Shown here in pieces: positions 46,822 through 55,605 of a stretch of 64,000 nucleotides of DNA. The notes beneath the pieces are model-generated. The model had not been told where the DNA came from, searched no databases, and was given only the letters and a program-made list of their open reading frames with translations. The number at the start of each line of letters is the position of its first letter. Within the stretch, counting starts at the first letter, position 1. A program made the position numbers and the translations under genes. The DNA is from Bacteroidales bacterium (lineage in GTDB: Bacteria; Bacteroidota; Bacteroidia; Bacteroidales; P3), in the NCBI GenBank assembly GCA_004551865.1, contig SFPR01000002.1, forward strand, positions 874-64,873, written 5' to 3'.

Positions 46822-47589
46822 TCAGAGGTTGAATAATTGAGTTGCGGTTTCGGTGGTTCTTTCCGCCACCTCTTCGAGAGAAATGTTCTTTATTTCGGAG
46901 AGTTTTTCGGCAATATTGAGGACATAAGAGCTTTCGTTTCGCTTCCCTCTGAAAGGCACGGGAGCAAGATAGGGAGAATCGGTTTCCAAAACGATGTCAT
47001 CTATGTCTATTTGTGCGACAAGCTCCGCAAGATGAGCATTTTTGAAAGTCAAAACCCCTCCTATCCCTATTTTGAAACCCATCTCAATCAAACGTTTTGC
47101 CTGATTGACATCTCCACCAAAGCAATGCAACACCCCATTATAAGTCTTGCGGTTAATAGACTTCAACACTGCGAACAATTCATCAAAAGCCTTGCGAATG
47201 TGAATGCTAATCGGAAGAGAGAGTTCAAAACTCCACATCATCTGTTGGCGTAACGCCTCGATTTGTTCCTCAACAAACGTCTTGTCCCAATACAAATCGA
47301 GACCGACTTCGCCCACTGCACAAAACCGAGAAGGGTTTTCAAACAAAACCTTCCTGATATTACCCAAGTCTTCTTCCCAATTTGCGTTTACACTTGTCGG
47401 ATGCAACCCCATCATCGGGTAAAGTCCCTCAAATTTATCGCACAAAAGCAACAAAGGTTCGACAGTCGAACAATCCACATTGGGGAGCAGGATTTTTTTC
47501 ACTCCATTTGCAGACGCTCTTTCCATAACCTGAACAATATCTTGCTCAAAATCTTTTTCGTAAATGTGCGAATGAGTATCTATCAACAT
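46822..47589 (-). CDS. TatD-family metal-dependent hydrolase
   Basis: The ATG at 47589 gives MLIDTHSHIY (HxH motif). The length of about 255 aa is typical of TatD. Confidence 0.88.
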   Translation of the reverse strand: MLIDTHSHIYEKDFEQDIVQVMERASANGVKKILLPNVDCSTVEPLLLLCDKFEGLYPMMGLHPTSVNANWEEDLGNIRKVLFENPSRFCAVGEVGLDLYWDKTFVEEQIEALRQQMMWSFELSLPISIHIRKAFDELFAVLKSINRKTYNGVLHCFGGDVNQAKRLIEMGFKIGIGGVLTFKNAHLAELVAQIDIDDIVLETDSPYLAPVPFRGKRNESSYVLNIAEKLSEIKNISLEEVAERTTETATQLFNL

Positions 47590-47609
47590 AGCTTTTGTCA
47601 GTTTGTTAC

Positions 47610-47635
47610 AAAAAAAGCCCCCGACAAGCGGGAGC
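47610..47635 (-). terminator. terminator after rpsT: GCUCCCG-cuugu-CGGGGGC followed by U7 (minus strand)
   Basis: 7-bp stem (one G-U pair) followed by a run of seven T on the minus strand, between the rpsT stop and the tatD start. Confidence 0.7.
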
Positions 47636-47678
47636 CTCCATTCGATATTATGAAAAAACGTATTTGTTTTTCGACAAC

Positions 47679-47933
47679 CTATTGCATTTTTGCTACTTTT
47701 CTCATGCACTTCGACTTCAAATTGGCAGCCTTGTTCTTGTGAATAACCGAACGTTTTGCCAATCTGTCTATTTGAGAAATCAACTTAGGCAATCTTTCAC
47801 TTGCTTCTTTCATATCTTCTGTTGCTCTAAAATCTCTCAAAGCGTTACGCATTGTCTTCGCATAGTAGCGATTTGCGATTCTTTTCTTTTCGTTGGAACG
47901 AATTCTCTTTATTGAACTCTTATGATTTGCCAT
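47679..47933 (-). CDS. rpsT: 30S ribosomal protein S20
   Basis: The ATG at 47933 gives [31 protein letters not shown]..., a canonical bS20 N-terminus. 84 aa. Confidence 0.95.
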   Translation of the reverse strand: MANHKSSIKRIRSNEKKRIANRYYAKTMRNALRDFRATEDMKEASERLPKLISQIDRLAKRSVIHKNKAANLKSKCMRKVAKMQ

Positions 47934-47954
47934 TTCTATACTCTTATTTTTTAG

Positions 47955-48029
47955 TACCCCGTAGGGGATTCGAACCCCTGATTTCAAGAATGAAAATCTT
48001 GCGTCCTAGGCCAGCTAGACGAACGGGGC
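47955..48029 (-). tRNA. tRNA-Glu (anticodon UUC)
   Basis: The minus strand reads GCCCCGTTCGTCTAGCTGGCCTAGGACGCAAGATTTTCATTCTTGAAATCAGGGGTTCGAATCCCCTACGGGGTA. It has a 7-bp acceptor stem, a CAAGA/TCTTG anticodon stem with loop TTTTCAT (anticodon TTC), and a GGTTCGAATCC T-loop. 75 nt, CCA not encoded. Confidence 0.92.
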
Positions 48030-48059
48030 GTTTGCAACTTTCCGCCGTTTTTGATGGTG

Positions 48060-48067
48060 CAAAATTA
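48060..48067 (-). promoter_or_regulatory. -7 box TAATTTTG (minus strand) upstream of tRNA-Glu and rpsT
   Basis: CAAAATTA on the plus strand, 31 nt upstream of the tRNA 5' end. Confidence 0.5.
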
Positions 48068-48125
48068 CAACAAAAATTTGTTCTGCCCAAGTAAAATTGA
48101 AAAAAAATACCGTTTTGAGGCTATT

Positions 48126-48782
48126 TTACTCCTTATCTTGCTGAAATTCAAAGCCTAATCTTTTCGCAGTAATAAAGCGTTTTGAGGCTGTTTTTTGCTT
48201 AATTTCACCAACAGTTATCTCTTTTACCTGATCGAAAGGCGGTGTGAGCAAATCAAAATTGTTGGCATATTCCATTGCCGAAACGATTATGCTTGTTATT
48301 GATTGTTTATCGACAACCGAGGTATTGAAACTTGAATAAAGCAATCCGACTTCTCGTTTTCCTTCGATAAAGTAGTGCTTTTCTTTGTTGATAAACACTC
48401 TTCCGATAAGGTATCCTATATCATAGTCTCTATTGTAGTCGAAAGAATCGGTCAAAAAGTTGTAAATGTTTATCATTCCGCTGAATGAACGCTCCTTATC
48501 TTCCTTTATGTAAGGAAGTTTCATCACTTCGTGCATTCTCGAAAACTCAAATACATTGGTGTGCATTGAAAAAAGAAGAATGTCTGCTCCGAAACGTATC
48601 TCAAATTCTGCTTCCGACTTGTCGTTAAAGAAAAAATAATTCGGATATTCGGCTTTCAGAGCGTCAATTATCTCTTTTGCAGTGTCCCTGAACAAGGCAA
48701 ATGTTTCTTTTGTATTTGAAAGAACTCTGTCAAGAAGGTCTGTTTTTTGCTTGATTGCCTTTCCTAATTCTTTGTATTCCAT
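48126..48782 (-). CDS. hypothetical cytoplasmic protein
   Basis: 218-aa ORF with an ATG start, no signal peptide and no recognisable motif. Confidence 0.6.
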   Translation of the reverse strand: MEYKELGKAIKQKTDLLDRVLSNTKETFALFRDTAKEIIDALKAEYPNYFFFNDKSEAEFEIRFGADILLFSMHTNVFEFSRMHEVMKLPYIKEDKERSFSGMINIYNFLTDSFDYNRDYDIGYLIGRVFINKEKHYFIEGKREVGLLYSSFNTSVVDKQSITSIIVSAMEYANNFDLLTPPFDQVKEITVGEIKQKTASKRFITAKRLGFEFQQDKE

Positions 48783-48802
48783 AATTTTGACACATATTTA
48801 AT

Positions 48803-48836
48803 CAAAAAAAAGCCCCATGTTTGCTACACAGGGCTT
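48803..48836 (-). terminator. terminator after the ferredoxin gene: 10-bp stem (with G-U pairs), loop UAGCAAA, followed by U7-8
   Basis: The minus strand reads AAGCCCUGUG-UAGCAAA-CAUGGGGCUU followed by UUUUUUU, 25 nt after the ferredoxin stop. Confidence 0.65.
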
Positions 48837-48860
48837 TGGTTTCTTTGTCTATTATAGGAA

Positions 48861-49031
48861 CTATTCCTCAGGGTGAATAGCTTCCATAGGGCAAACGTCG
48901 GCACAAGTTCCGCACTCAACGCATTTTGCAGGGTCTATCTTGTAGATATCACCTTCTGAAATTGCCCCAACAGGACATTCATCAATACAAGTGCCGCATG
49001 CAGCACAATCTTCTGAAATTTTGTAAGCCAT
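48861..49031 (-). CDS. 2[4Fe-4S] ferredoxin (56 aa, below the ORF-track size cutoff)
   Basis: Hand translation gives MAYKISEDCAACGTCIDECPVGAISEGDIYKIDPAKCVECGTCADVCPMEAIHPEE, with two CxxCxxCxxxCP clusters. Confidence 0.9.
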   Translation of the reverse strand: MAYKISEDCAACGTCIDECPVGAISEGDIYKIDPAKCVECGTCADVCPMEAIHPEE

Positions 49032-49062
49032 TGCTTCTATTTTTTAGGGTTTATAACGAGTG

Positions 49063-49070
49063 CAAAGATA
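49063..49070 (-). promoter_or_regulatory. -7 box TATCTTTG (minus strand) upstream of the ferredoxin gene
   Basis: CAAAGATA on the plus strand, 32 nt upstream of the ATG at 49031. Confidence 0.5.
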
Positions 49071-49188
49071 TAACATTCTGCTCAAACACCAAATAAAAAG
49101 CATGATTTTTTTTTGCACAAAGAGTGTTTGCTTCACCCGACCGGCAGAATAAATTGAGATTTTCGTGCAGTAAATCACGACAAATGAG

Positions 49189-49196
49189 TATCTTTG
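49189..49196 (+). promoter_or_regulatory. -7 box TATCTTTG upstream of the MORN-repeat gene
   Basis: Exact TAnnTTTG, 37 nt upstream of the ATG at 49233. Confidence 0.5.
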
Positions 49197-49232
49197 CCAT
49201 CGAAAAACAACCAAATAAAAATTCTATCTGCG

Positions 49233-49961
49233 ATGAATAAAACGACTATGCTGAGATTGACACTTGCCGTTGCGGCTCTGACTTTGATTGTTTGCAGTTG
49301 TACTCAAGACAAAGTGGTCGAAAAATATGACAACGGCAAAGCAAAAGTAATCCAAATTCTCAAAAAGAAAGACGGAAGTTTGCAACAAGTGGGCGAAAAA
49401 CGCTTGTATGAAAACGGCAAAGAACGAATGAGCGGCAAAATATCCGAGGGCAAACGCACCGGAGTGTGGAAATTTTACTTCGAGAGCGGCAAACTATTTG
49501 CTAAAGCCGACTTTACCGACAATCAACAAGGCAAAAACTGGGAAGTATATGACCATGAGGGCAAACAACTTGTGAGCAAATCGGACAAAATTGCCGAACT
49601 CCACTTTGCACAAGACGGAGGTTTGTGCGACATAAGGATAAAACAAGACGACAAAGAACTGTTGTACCGCTTTTTTGAGTCGTTCCGAGTATGCGTAACC
49701 TCACAAATGAAAGGCAACATACCAAACGGAGAAACGATTGCATGGTTTGAAAACGGCAAAATGAACTCCTACTACTATTACAGAGACGGAATACAAGACA
49801 GCATTTACCGAGTTTATACCGAAGAGGGAGGATTGCTTGTGAGCGGACAATATAATAAAGGTATAAAGGTGGGCAAATGGGAATACTATCTCTCAGACGG
49901 TTCACCCTCAGGCATAGAAATCTACGACACAGACGGCACAAAACTAAAATCGAGAGAATAA
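49233..49961 (+). CDS. MORN-repeat-variant (YwqK-like) lipoprotein
   Basis: The ATG at 49233 gives MNKTTMLRLTLAVAALTLIVCSC (lipobox). Repeats are GKRTGVWKFYFESGKL, NGETIAWFENGKM and GIKVGKWEYYLSDGS. Confidence 0.75.
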   Translation: MNKTTMLRLTLAVAALTLIVCSCTQDKVVEKYDNGKAKVIQILKKKDGSLQQVGEKRLYENGKERMSGKISEGKRTGVWKFYFESGKLFAKADFTDNQQGKNWEVYDHEGKQLVSKSDKIAELHFAQDGGLCDIRIKQDDKELLYRFFESFRVCVTSQMKGNIPNGETIAWFENGKMNSYYYYRDGIQDSIYRVYTEEGGLLVSGQYNKGIKVGKWEYYLSDGSPSGIEIYDTDGTKLKSRE

Positions 49962-49962
49962 G

Positions 49963-50532
49963 ATGAAAAAGATATTGTTTTTTCTTGCGGTGATATTGCC
50001 CTTGTTTTCCTATGCACAATACTCTTTCGGCAAAATAGAACTGAACAAAGAGAGCAAACAAAGCCCCTTTTGCTGCAAAATAGGAAGCAAAGACAGCCTT
50101 CACATCGCCCCTTGCAAACAAAACGGAGTGCAACAACTCTCGATAGGAAACCTGATTTGCAAGGCAGAAAACCAAGATGAACATTTGGATTATGAGATAT
50201 TCGCAAACCACAAAGACAAAAAAGCCTTCGTACTTGTAAGCCGAACAACCGACAATCTGTGTGTTGGCTGTTCGCTATATCTTTTTGAAAACCGCAATGT
50301 GAAAGACTGCGGACTACTTCCCGTTGCAGCCTACACCAAAGACAAAAGCGGAAGAATGAACTACAACAGCATTCTCCCACATTTGTCAATCGTAAAAGTC
50401 TCAAACCGCTACATACTCTCGTTCGAGACCCCTCTGATAGTCCTTTTCCCCATGCAGGAACAAGAAGAAATCCTTTCGGGAAGAGACATCTTCTTTACCT
50501 TTGACAAAGACGGTCTGCAAATGAACAAATAA
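49963..50532 (+). CDS. hypothetical secreted protein
   Basis: 189 aa with signal peptide MKKILFFLAVILPLFSYAQ. The start is 2 nt after the previous stop. Confidence 0.6.
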   Translation: MKKILFFLAVILPLFSYAQYSFGKIELNKESKQSPFCCKIGSKDSLHIAPCKQNGVQQLSIGNLICKAENQDEHLDYEIFANHKDKKAFVLVSRTTDNLCVGCSLYLFENRNVKDCGLLPVAAYTKDKSGRMNYNSILPHLSIVKVSNRYILSFETPLIVLFPMQEQEEILSGRDIFFTFDKDGLQMNK

Positions 50533-50594
50533 CAAACCCGGATTGTTCAACCTGCCGATTTTTGCAAGACAAAACGCCCTTTCGCTGAAACAAC

Positions 50595-50630
50595 TCGCCG
50601 TTTCATCAAGCTGAAACGGCGATTTATTTT
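50595..50630 (+). terminator. terminator TCGCCGTTTCA-tcaagc-TGAAACGGCGA followed by TTTATTTT
   Basis: 11-bp perfect stem plus a T-rich tail, about 60 nt after the stop at 50532. Confidence 0.7.
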
Positions 50631-50768
50631 GCCCGAACGCCTAACTATTCCGCCACAAATGCCGACTTTGTAAAGTATTTTCAAGCAAAAAACCACCTTT
50701 GTAAATAATTGATTTTCAAAAATCTTCATTTTACTCCCCAAAAATCGCCGTTTTGGTTTGCGAAGCAG

Positions 50769-50917
50769 GATTACCAAAAAAATTTCTTGTTGGTAATAGG
50801 ATTACCAGCCTCATGGTAATAGGATTACCTTGGCGTGGTAATACCATTACCAAGCCGAAAAAAATTTTGGTAATACCATTACCAAGCCGAAAAAAATTTT
50901 GGTAATACCATTACCAA
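50769..50917. repeat. palindrome array 4: variant dyads TGGTAAT-(AGG/ACC)-ATTACCA, including a 32-bp tandem duplication
   Basis: Units at 50791-50807, 50814-50829, 50836-50852, 50869-50884 and 50901-50917. GGTAATACCATTACCAAGCCGAAAAAAATTTT is repeated exactly at 50837-50868 and 50869-50900, with a partial third copy. Confidence 0.9.
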
Positions 50918-50954
50918 CCGCAAAAGTGCGAAAGTAGTATATAAATCGAGGTTA

Positions 50955-51035
50955 TATTTAACGCTGTTGCCCTTGCAGGCAGGGGCAACTTGCACACAGC
51001 CCTCACGTAAAGCGAAGCGGCACGCAGGGTAAGCA
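50955..51035. repeat. diverged relative of the GCCCTT...GCAG repeat module
   Basis: TATTTAACGCTGTTGCCCTTGCAGGC... resembles 18317-18340 (AACGCTTTTGCCCTTGCAGAGCG) and 61565-61590. Its tail is the reverse complement of 18355-18386. Confidence 0.4.
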
Positions 51036-51051
51036 ATCCTATATTAAAAAG

Positions 51052-51077
51052 AAAAAGCCGAAGGATAATCCTCCGAC
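51052..51077 (-). terminator. terminator after the TPR lipoprotein gene: GUCGGAGG-auuau-CCUUCGGC followed by U5 (minus strand)
   Basis: 8-bp stem with two G-U pairs on the minus transcript, then UUUUU, about 35 nt after the stop at 51111. Confidence 0.6.
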
Positions 51078-51110
51078 TTTTTCGGTGAATTCTAATATCA
51101 AATATAGAGT

Positions 51111-52946
51111 TTAATTATTCACTATATTCTGAAATTCTATCAAAGATTGGTAACGCTTGAACTCCAAGTCGTTCTTTGCCTGATATTTATAAGAAGGTTC
51201 TTGTTTGCAGGCTTCTTTGAGGTTCTTGGTAAGTCCGGGAACGTCGTCCAATCGTGCATAACAAACAGCTCTCAAATAATATACCTCTGCCGTTTGGTCC
51301 ATACAGCAATCCAAAGTACGGATTGCGTTTCCGGTATTGCCGGTGAGCAACTGTATGAGTGCAAGGTTGTAGGTACACTTTCTGCCGTCGAGTTTTTCGG
51401 CTGCTTCTTCGTACTTTCCTTGTTTTATCAAAACGATTGCTTCATTCATTTGTGCTTGTTCGTTGCCGGCTGCAATAGATTGTTGTATGTAGTTGTCGGC
51501 TGCTTCGGTGTCTTTGAGTGCAAGGCTGAGCAAAGCAAGGTTTGAGAGGATTTCTCCGTTGTTTGGAGAGAGCTTGTCGGCCGTTTCCAAAAATCTTTTT
51601 GCATCGTCAAGCTGATTGAGGTACAATGCAACAGCTCCTGCATTGTTCCAACCGCCCCATTCCGAAGCGAAACGTTCGGTTGCCGCCGTATAGATTTGCA
51701 ACTTGCTTGCATAGTTGTGAGTAAGTGTTGCTGCGTACATAAGTTCGTCGTATGTGAGCTTGTCGGGATCAGACATTGCCATTTTTGCTATTTCTTGTTC
51801 TGTCTTTTGAACGCCCGAAAAGTTGAATGCTATTTCGCCTCGTCTCAATGTAGGTAGGATTTCTTCTTCTATTTGGCTGAACACTACCGACATATTTCGG
51901 ATTTCTTGTTCTCTTCTTATCTTGTCGGGTTGTGATTTTACAACGTTGATTACGGTGTTCTTCTCTTTTAGCGATGAACCTTCAACCAAGCGTATGAAGT
52001 TTTCCCAGTCTTCTCCCTTGGCACTTGAAGTTATCACAACGTCTTGTTTTGCTTGTTCGACATAGCGTTTGATGTCATTCTTCTTTATGTTTTCGGCTTT
52101 GGCTCTTTCGGTAAGGGCTTCGGTGAGCATTCTTTCTACCAAATTGACGGTGGTTTCGGCTCTCTTTTTGGACAATCCTATGTTGAAAGTCTCTTCTCCT
52201 TCGGGTGAAGCCCATGCGTTTACGAAAATTTGACGTGGAACTTGGTTGTTCACTATGTAGCTTTTCATGCTTTCATAGCCTCTTTTGGCGTCCATTTTCT
52301 TGTTCAACTTGTTGTTCCAATTCAAATCAGACATATTTACGGTGAAATAAATGTCGGTTGTCATGATTTGGTCTGTTGATACCTTGTAGTTGGCAGGTGC
52401 CATTGCCAAATCTCCTCTTATATCCACTCTATTGGAAGTCGAATTGACACCTTCGGCAATTTTGACGTTGCCGAGCTTTATTGCTCCGGGGTTTTCCATT
52501 GCCTCACTCCACGTTGCATTGGCTTCATTGACTTCTTTTGCTTTGTATGCTATGGGATTGAGGTAAAGTTTGGCACTTTCCATTCCCTGACGATAAGCAA
52601 CAGTGTCTTTATATACAAATCTGCCTCCGCTGCTCTTGTCAATGGTCTTGCCGTTACCCTCTACTTTTGAGCCTTTAAGGTTCATTGGCGAAAGAATGAC
52701 CTCACCTGTTTCCCATGTCAAAACAGGTTGCAAGTAAACCACTGCATTCTTTTGAAAATACTTCTCGGGGATATTGCCGTTGATTGTAACGACAACCTTA
52801 TCGCCGTGAGCCTCCATCGGGTTTGGAGAAATCTGATAACGCACGGTGTCGTGCTTCTTCTGCATGGTCTTTATGCTTCCGCAAGATGCGGCAAGAAGTG
52901 CAAAACCCATGCCGATAACTAATGTTCTTAATATTGTCTTTCTCAT
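51111..52946 (-). CDS. large lipoprotein with a C-terminal TPR-like repeat region
   Basis: 611 aa. Lipoprotein signal MRKTILRTLVIGMGFALLAASC. The C-terminal ~230 aa have TPR-like helical repeats (...YLNQLDDAKRFLETADKLSPNNGE...YYLRAVCYARLDD...). Confidence 0.65.
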   Translation of the reverse strand: MRKTILRTLVIGMGFALLAASCGSIKTMQKKHDTVRYQISPNPMEAHGDKVVVTINGNIPEKYFQKNAVVYLQPVLTWETGEVILSPMNLKGSKVEGNGKTIDKSSGGRFVYKDTVAYRQGMESAKLYLNPIAYKAKEVNEANATWSEAMENPGAIKLGNVKIAEGVNSTSNRVDIRGDLAMAPANYKVSTDQIMTTDIYFTVNMSDLNWNNKLNKKMDAKRGYESMKSYIVNNQVPRQIFVNAWASPEGEETFNIGLSKKRAETTVNLVERMLTEALTERAKAENIKKNDIKRYVEQAKQDVVITSSAKGEDWENFIRLVEGSSLKEKNTVINVVKSQPDKIRREQEIRNMSVVFSQIEEEILPTLRRGEIAFNFSGVQKTEQEIAKMAMSDPDKLTYDELMYAATLTHNYASKLQIYTAATERFASEWGGWNNAGAVALYLNQLDDAKRFLETADKLSPNNGEILSNLALLSLALKDTEAADNYIQQSIAAGNEQAQMNEAIVLIKQGKYEEAAEKLDGRKCTYNLALIQLLTGNTGNAIRTLDCCMDQTAEVYYLRAVCYARLDDVPGLTKNLKEACKQEPSYKYQAKNDLEFKRYQSLIEFQNIVNN

Positions 52947-53001
52947 CTTTGTGAAATGATTTGTTCTTTACTCAATCTATTAAAAGTTACACTACGCCCT
53001 G

Positions 53002-53009
53002 CAAAAGTA
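53002..53009 (-). promoter_or_regulatory. -7 box TACTTTTG (minus strand) upstream of the TPR lipoprotein gene
   Basis: CAAAAGTA on the plus strand, 56 nt upstream of the ATG at 52946. Confidence 0.4.
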
Positions 53010-53050
53010 AGAATAAATCTTGAAACAGCGTCTTATTGTTCGTTATTTCT

Positions 53051-53977
53051 TTATTTGAGCCTGCTGCGTTTCAAAAGATAGGGCAGCAATACTTGGTCAA
53101 ATCCTTTGTTTATATCTGCTTGAACGAAGTCGGTTTGCAGATTGTTGCATTGAGTTTTTATTTGTGTTACCAACTCTTGCATCTTTTGGGAGTAGTGTTC
53201 TTTGAGTTGAAGCGGCGTGGCTTTGATTTGCTCTCCTGTTTCCATGTCGATAAACCTTCGGGGAGAGTTGTCAAAGTTCAATTCTATCTCTTTGTCTTTG
53301 TCGCATACATGAAACAAAATAACTTCGTGTTTGTTGTATCGGAGATGTTGAAGAGCATTGGTGAAGCCGTTTGTGTTATCGACAAGGTTCATAAGGTCGG
53401 TAAATATTATAATGAGGCTCCGCTTGTGAACACATTCTGCAATCTTGTGAAGAGCTTCCGCAATGTTTGTGTGGCGGTTGTACTCTGCTTTCTTCGATAG
53501 GAGCTGTTCCAAAAGCGTAAACATACTCTGTCTGTGAGCAAAACTCGTTTTTATGTCGGTGAGCTGCCTGATTGTATCATCTACAAGACTTATACCGAAA
53601 GCGTCTCTCTGCTTGTAAAACAAATGACAAAGACAGCCCGAAGCATAAAGGGAAAAGGTTAGTTTGTCGGGACTTTCAAACGTGCGTGCCTTGCCGAGAG
53701 GGAAATACATTGAAGACGATGTATCCACAACCAAAAGACATCTGAGATTGGTTTCTTCTTCGTACTTTTTCACAAACAGCTTGTCGCTTTTTGCATAAAG
53801 TTTCCAATCAATATGCTTTGTCGAGTCTCCTTGATTGTACAATCTGTGTTCGGCAAACTCGACCGAGAAACCATGAAACGGACTTTTGTGCAAGCCGCTC
53901 ATAAATCCCTCTACAATTTTTCTTGTTTTGAACTCGAGAGAGTTGTATCGTGAAAATTGTTCAATCTCTCCTGCCAT
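53051..53977 (-). CDS. DUF58-family protein (MoxR-associated family, vWA-like)
   Basis: ATG at 53977 (the track start is a TTG). The motif GLHKSPFHGFSVEFAEHRLYNQGDSTKHIDWKLYAKSDKLFVKKYEEE is characteristic of DUF58. Confidence 0.8.
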   Translation of the reverse strand: MAGEIEQFSRYNSLEFKTRKIVEGFMSGLHKSPFHGFSVEFAEHRLYNQGDSTKHIDWKLYAKSDKLFVKKYEEETNLRCLLVVDTSSSMYFPLGKARTFESPDKLTFSLYASGCLCHLFYKQRDAFGISLVDDTIRQLTDIKTSFAHRQSMFTLLEQLLSKKAEYNRHTNIAEALHKIAECVHKRSLIIIFTDLMNLVDNTNGFTNALQHLRYNKHEVILFHVCDKDKEIELNFDNSPRRFIDMETGEQIKATPLQLKEHYSQKMQELVTQIKTQCNNLQTDFVQADINKGFDQVLLPYLLKRSRLK

Positions 53978-53984
53978 TGGGAAA

Positions 53985-54030
53985 TAAGAAAACAAAGAGT
54001 GAGAAGCTGCAATACTCTACTGCTTCTCAC
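53985..54030 (-). terminator. terminator after trxA: GTGAGAAGC...GCTTCTCAC followed by a T-rich tail (minus strand)
   Basis: 9-bp perfect stem (53999-54007 and 54022-54030) with a 14-nt loop. The minus-strand tail is CTCTTTGTTTTCTT. Confidence 0.55.
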
Positions 54031-54052
54031 CTTTTATTATAAGGTTGCTTTT

Positions 54053-54370
54053 CTACAAGTACTTCTCAATCTTTTCTACGAAAGCACTCTTGGGATTTGC
54101 TCCCACCAACTTGTCGAGAAGCTCTCCGTTTTTCAAAAATACAACGGTAGGAACGTTTCTTACTCTAAACTGAGCAACAACATCGCTGTTGCCATCAACA
54201 TCACACTTTCCTATTATTGCTTTTCCTTCGTACTCTTGTGCCAATTCCTCAATTACAGGTCCTATCTTTTGACAAGGTCCGCACCAAGTAGCCCAAAAGT
54301 CTATCACAACCAAGGTGTCTTTCTTCGATATTACTTCATTGAATGAAGCATCTGTAATTTCTAATGCCAT
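54053..54370 (-). CDS. trxA: thioredoxin
   Basis: 105 aa with the active site WATWCGPCQ. Confidence 0.95.
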   Translation of the reverse strand: MALEITDASFNEVISKKDTLVVIDFWATWCGPCQKIGPVIEELAQEYEGKAIIGKCDVDGNSDVVAQFRVRNVPTVVFLKNGELLDKLVGANPKSAFVEKIEKYL

Positions 54371-54415
54371 AATGTTTTCTGTTTTTTATGTGTTTACTCT
54401 GTATCAAAATTTGTG

Positions 54416-54423
54416 CAAAACTA
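54416..54423 (-). promoter_or_regulatory. -7 box TAGTTTTG (minus strand) upstream of trxA
   Basis: CAAAACTA on the plus strand, 46 nt upstream of the ATG at 54370. Confidence 0.45.
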
Positions 54424-54685
54424 TCTATTTTTTGCGACATGACCAAATGAAACGCTGTCGAAAAGCATTTTTTGGGTCTTTCTGTCATTTGATACACCAT
54501 TGCTTTCAAACAAGACAAGGAGTCTTTTTATCGAGTCAAAATTAACAAATCGTGTTTTATTTGGATAAACACAAATTACTCACAATCAGCACTTGCATTG
54601 TCTGTAAATTTTATTGAGAACGCAATAAACGAAATTTCTCAAGAAGAAATTTGCGAAAAAGATTTGTCGATTGAGCAAAAAAATG

Positions 54686-54693
54686 TACCTTTG
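54686..54693 (+). promoter_or_regulatory. -7 box TACCTTTG upstream of rnfB
   Basis: Exact TAnnTTTG, 37 nt upstream of the ATG at 54730. Confidence 0.5.
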
Positions 54694-54729
54694 TCGGACG
54701 AAATAATGCTTATAAACCAATAGAAAGAG

Positions 54730-55590
54730 ATGATAACCACGGTTGTTTATGCAGTTGTTGCATTGGCAGCGATAGGAGCGGCAGCTGCACTGATACTTTA
54801 CTTTGTTGCTCAAAAATTCAAGGTTTACGAAGACCCTCGTATTGATTTGGTAACCGACAAATTGCCGGGAGCAAATTGCGGAGGTTGTGGTTTTGCCGGT
54901 TGCAGGGCACTGGCAGAAGCTGTTGTGAAGAGCGAAAGCCTGGAAGGCAAGTTTTGCCCTGTGGGAGGCGACGGAGTAATGAAACAAGTTGCCGAAGTAA
55001 TGGGACTTAAAGCCGAAGAATCCGATCCTATGATTGCAGTTGTCAGATGTAATGGAGGAAAATGCAACAATGTTTCCAAGGTTGAGTATGACGGTTTGAA
55101 AGATTGTTCCTTTGCAAACATGAATTTTTCGGGTGAAGGAGGCTGTGCAAACGGTTGTTTGGGATTTGGTAATTGCGTTTCGGCTTGTAAGTTTGATGCT
55201 TTGGAAATTGACGAAACCACAAGGTTGCCAAAAGTAAATCAAGACAAATGTGTGGCTTGCGGAGCTTGCGTCAAGGCTTGTCCTCGCAAGATTATCGAAC
55301 TCCGAAAGAAGGGAAAGAACAACAGAAGAGTGTTTGTGAGCTGCATGAACACCGAAAAGGGAGCGGAAGCCAAGAAAAATTGTACTTCTGCCTGCATTGG
55401 TTGCGGCAAATGTGCAAAGGCTTGTCCTTTTGAGGCAATAACGGTAACAAACAATCTTGCATACATAGACTTCAACAAGTGCAAATCTTGCAGGAAATGT
55501 GTGGCAGAATGTCCTACGGGAGCAATCCATGCGGTCAATTTCCCTGAAAAGCAGGCAAAATCGGAGACAAATGAAGGTTCTATCAGCTAA
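54730..55590 (+). CDS. rnfB: Rnf electron transport complex subunit B (polyferredoxin)
   Basis: 286 aa. N-terminal TM helix, CGGCGFAGC cluster, and several CxxCxxCxxxCP motifs. Confidence 0.9.
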   Translation: MITTVVYAVVALAAIGAAAALILYFVAQKFKVYEDPRIDLVTDKLPGANCGGCGFAGCRALAEAVVKSESLEGKFCPVGGDGVMKQVAEVMGLKAEESDPMIAVVRCNGGKCNNVSKVEYDGLKDCSFANMNFSGEGGCANGCLGFGNCVSACKFDALEIDETTRLPKVNQDKCVACGACVKACPRKIIELRKKGKNNRRVFVSCMNTEKGAEAKKNCTSACIGCGKCAKACPFEAITVTNNLAYIDFNKCKSCRKCVAECPTGAIHAVNFPEKQAKSETNEGSIS

Positions 55591-55605
55591 AAAACAATAT
55601 AGTTC

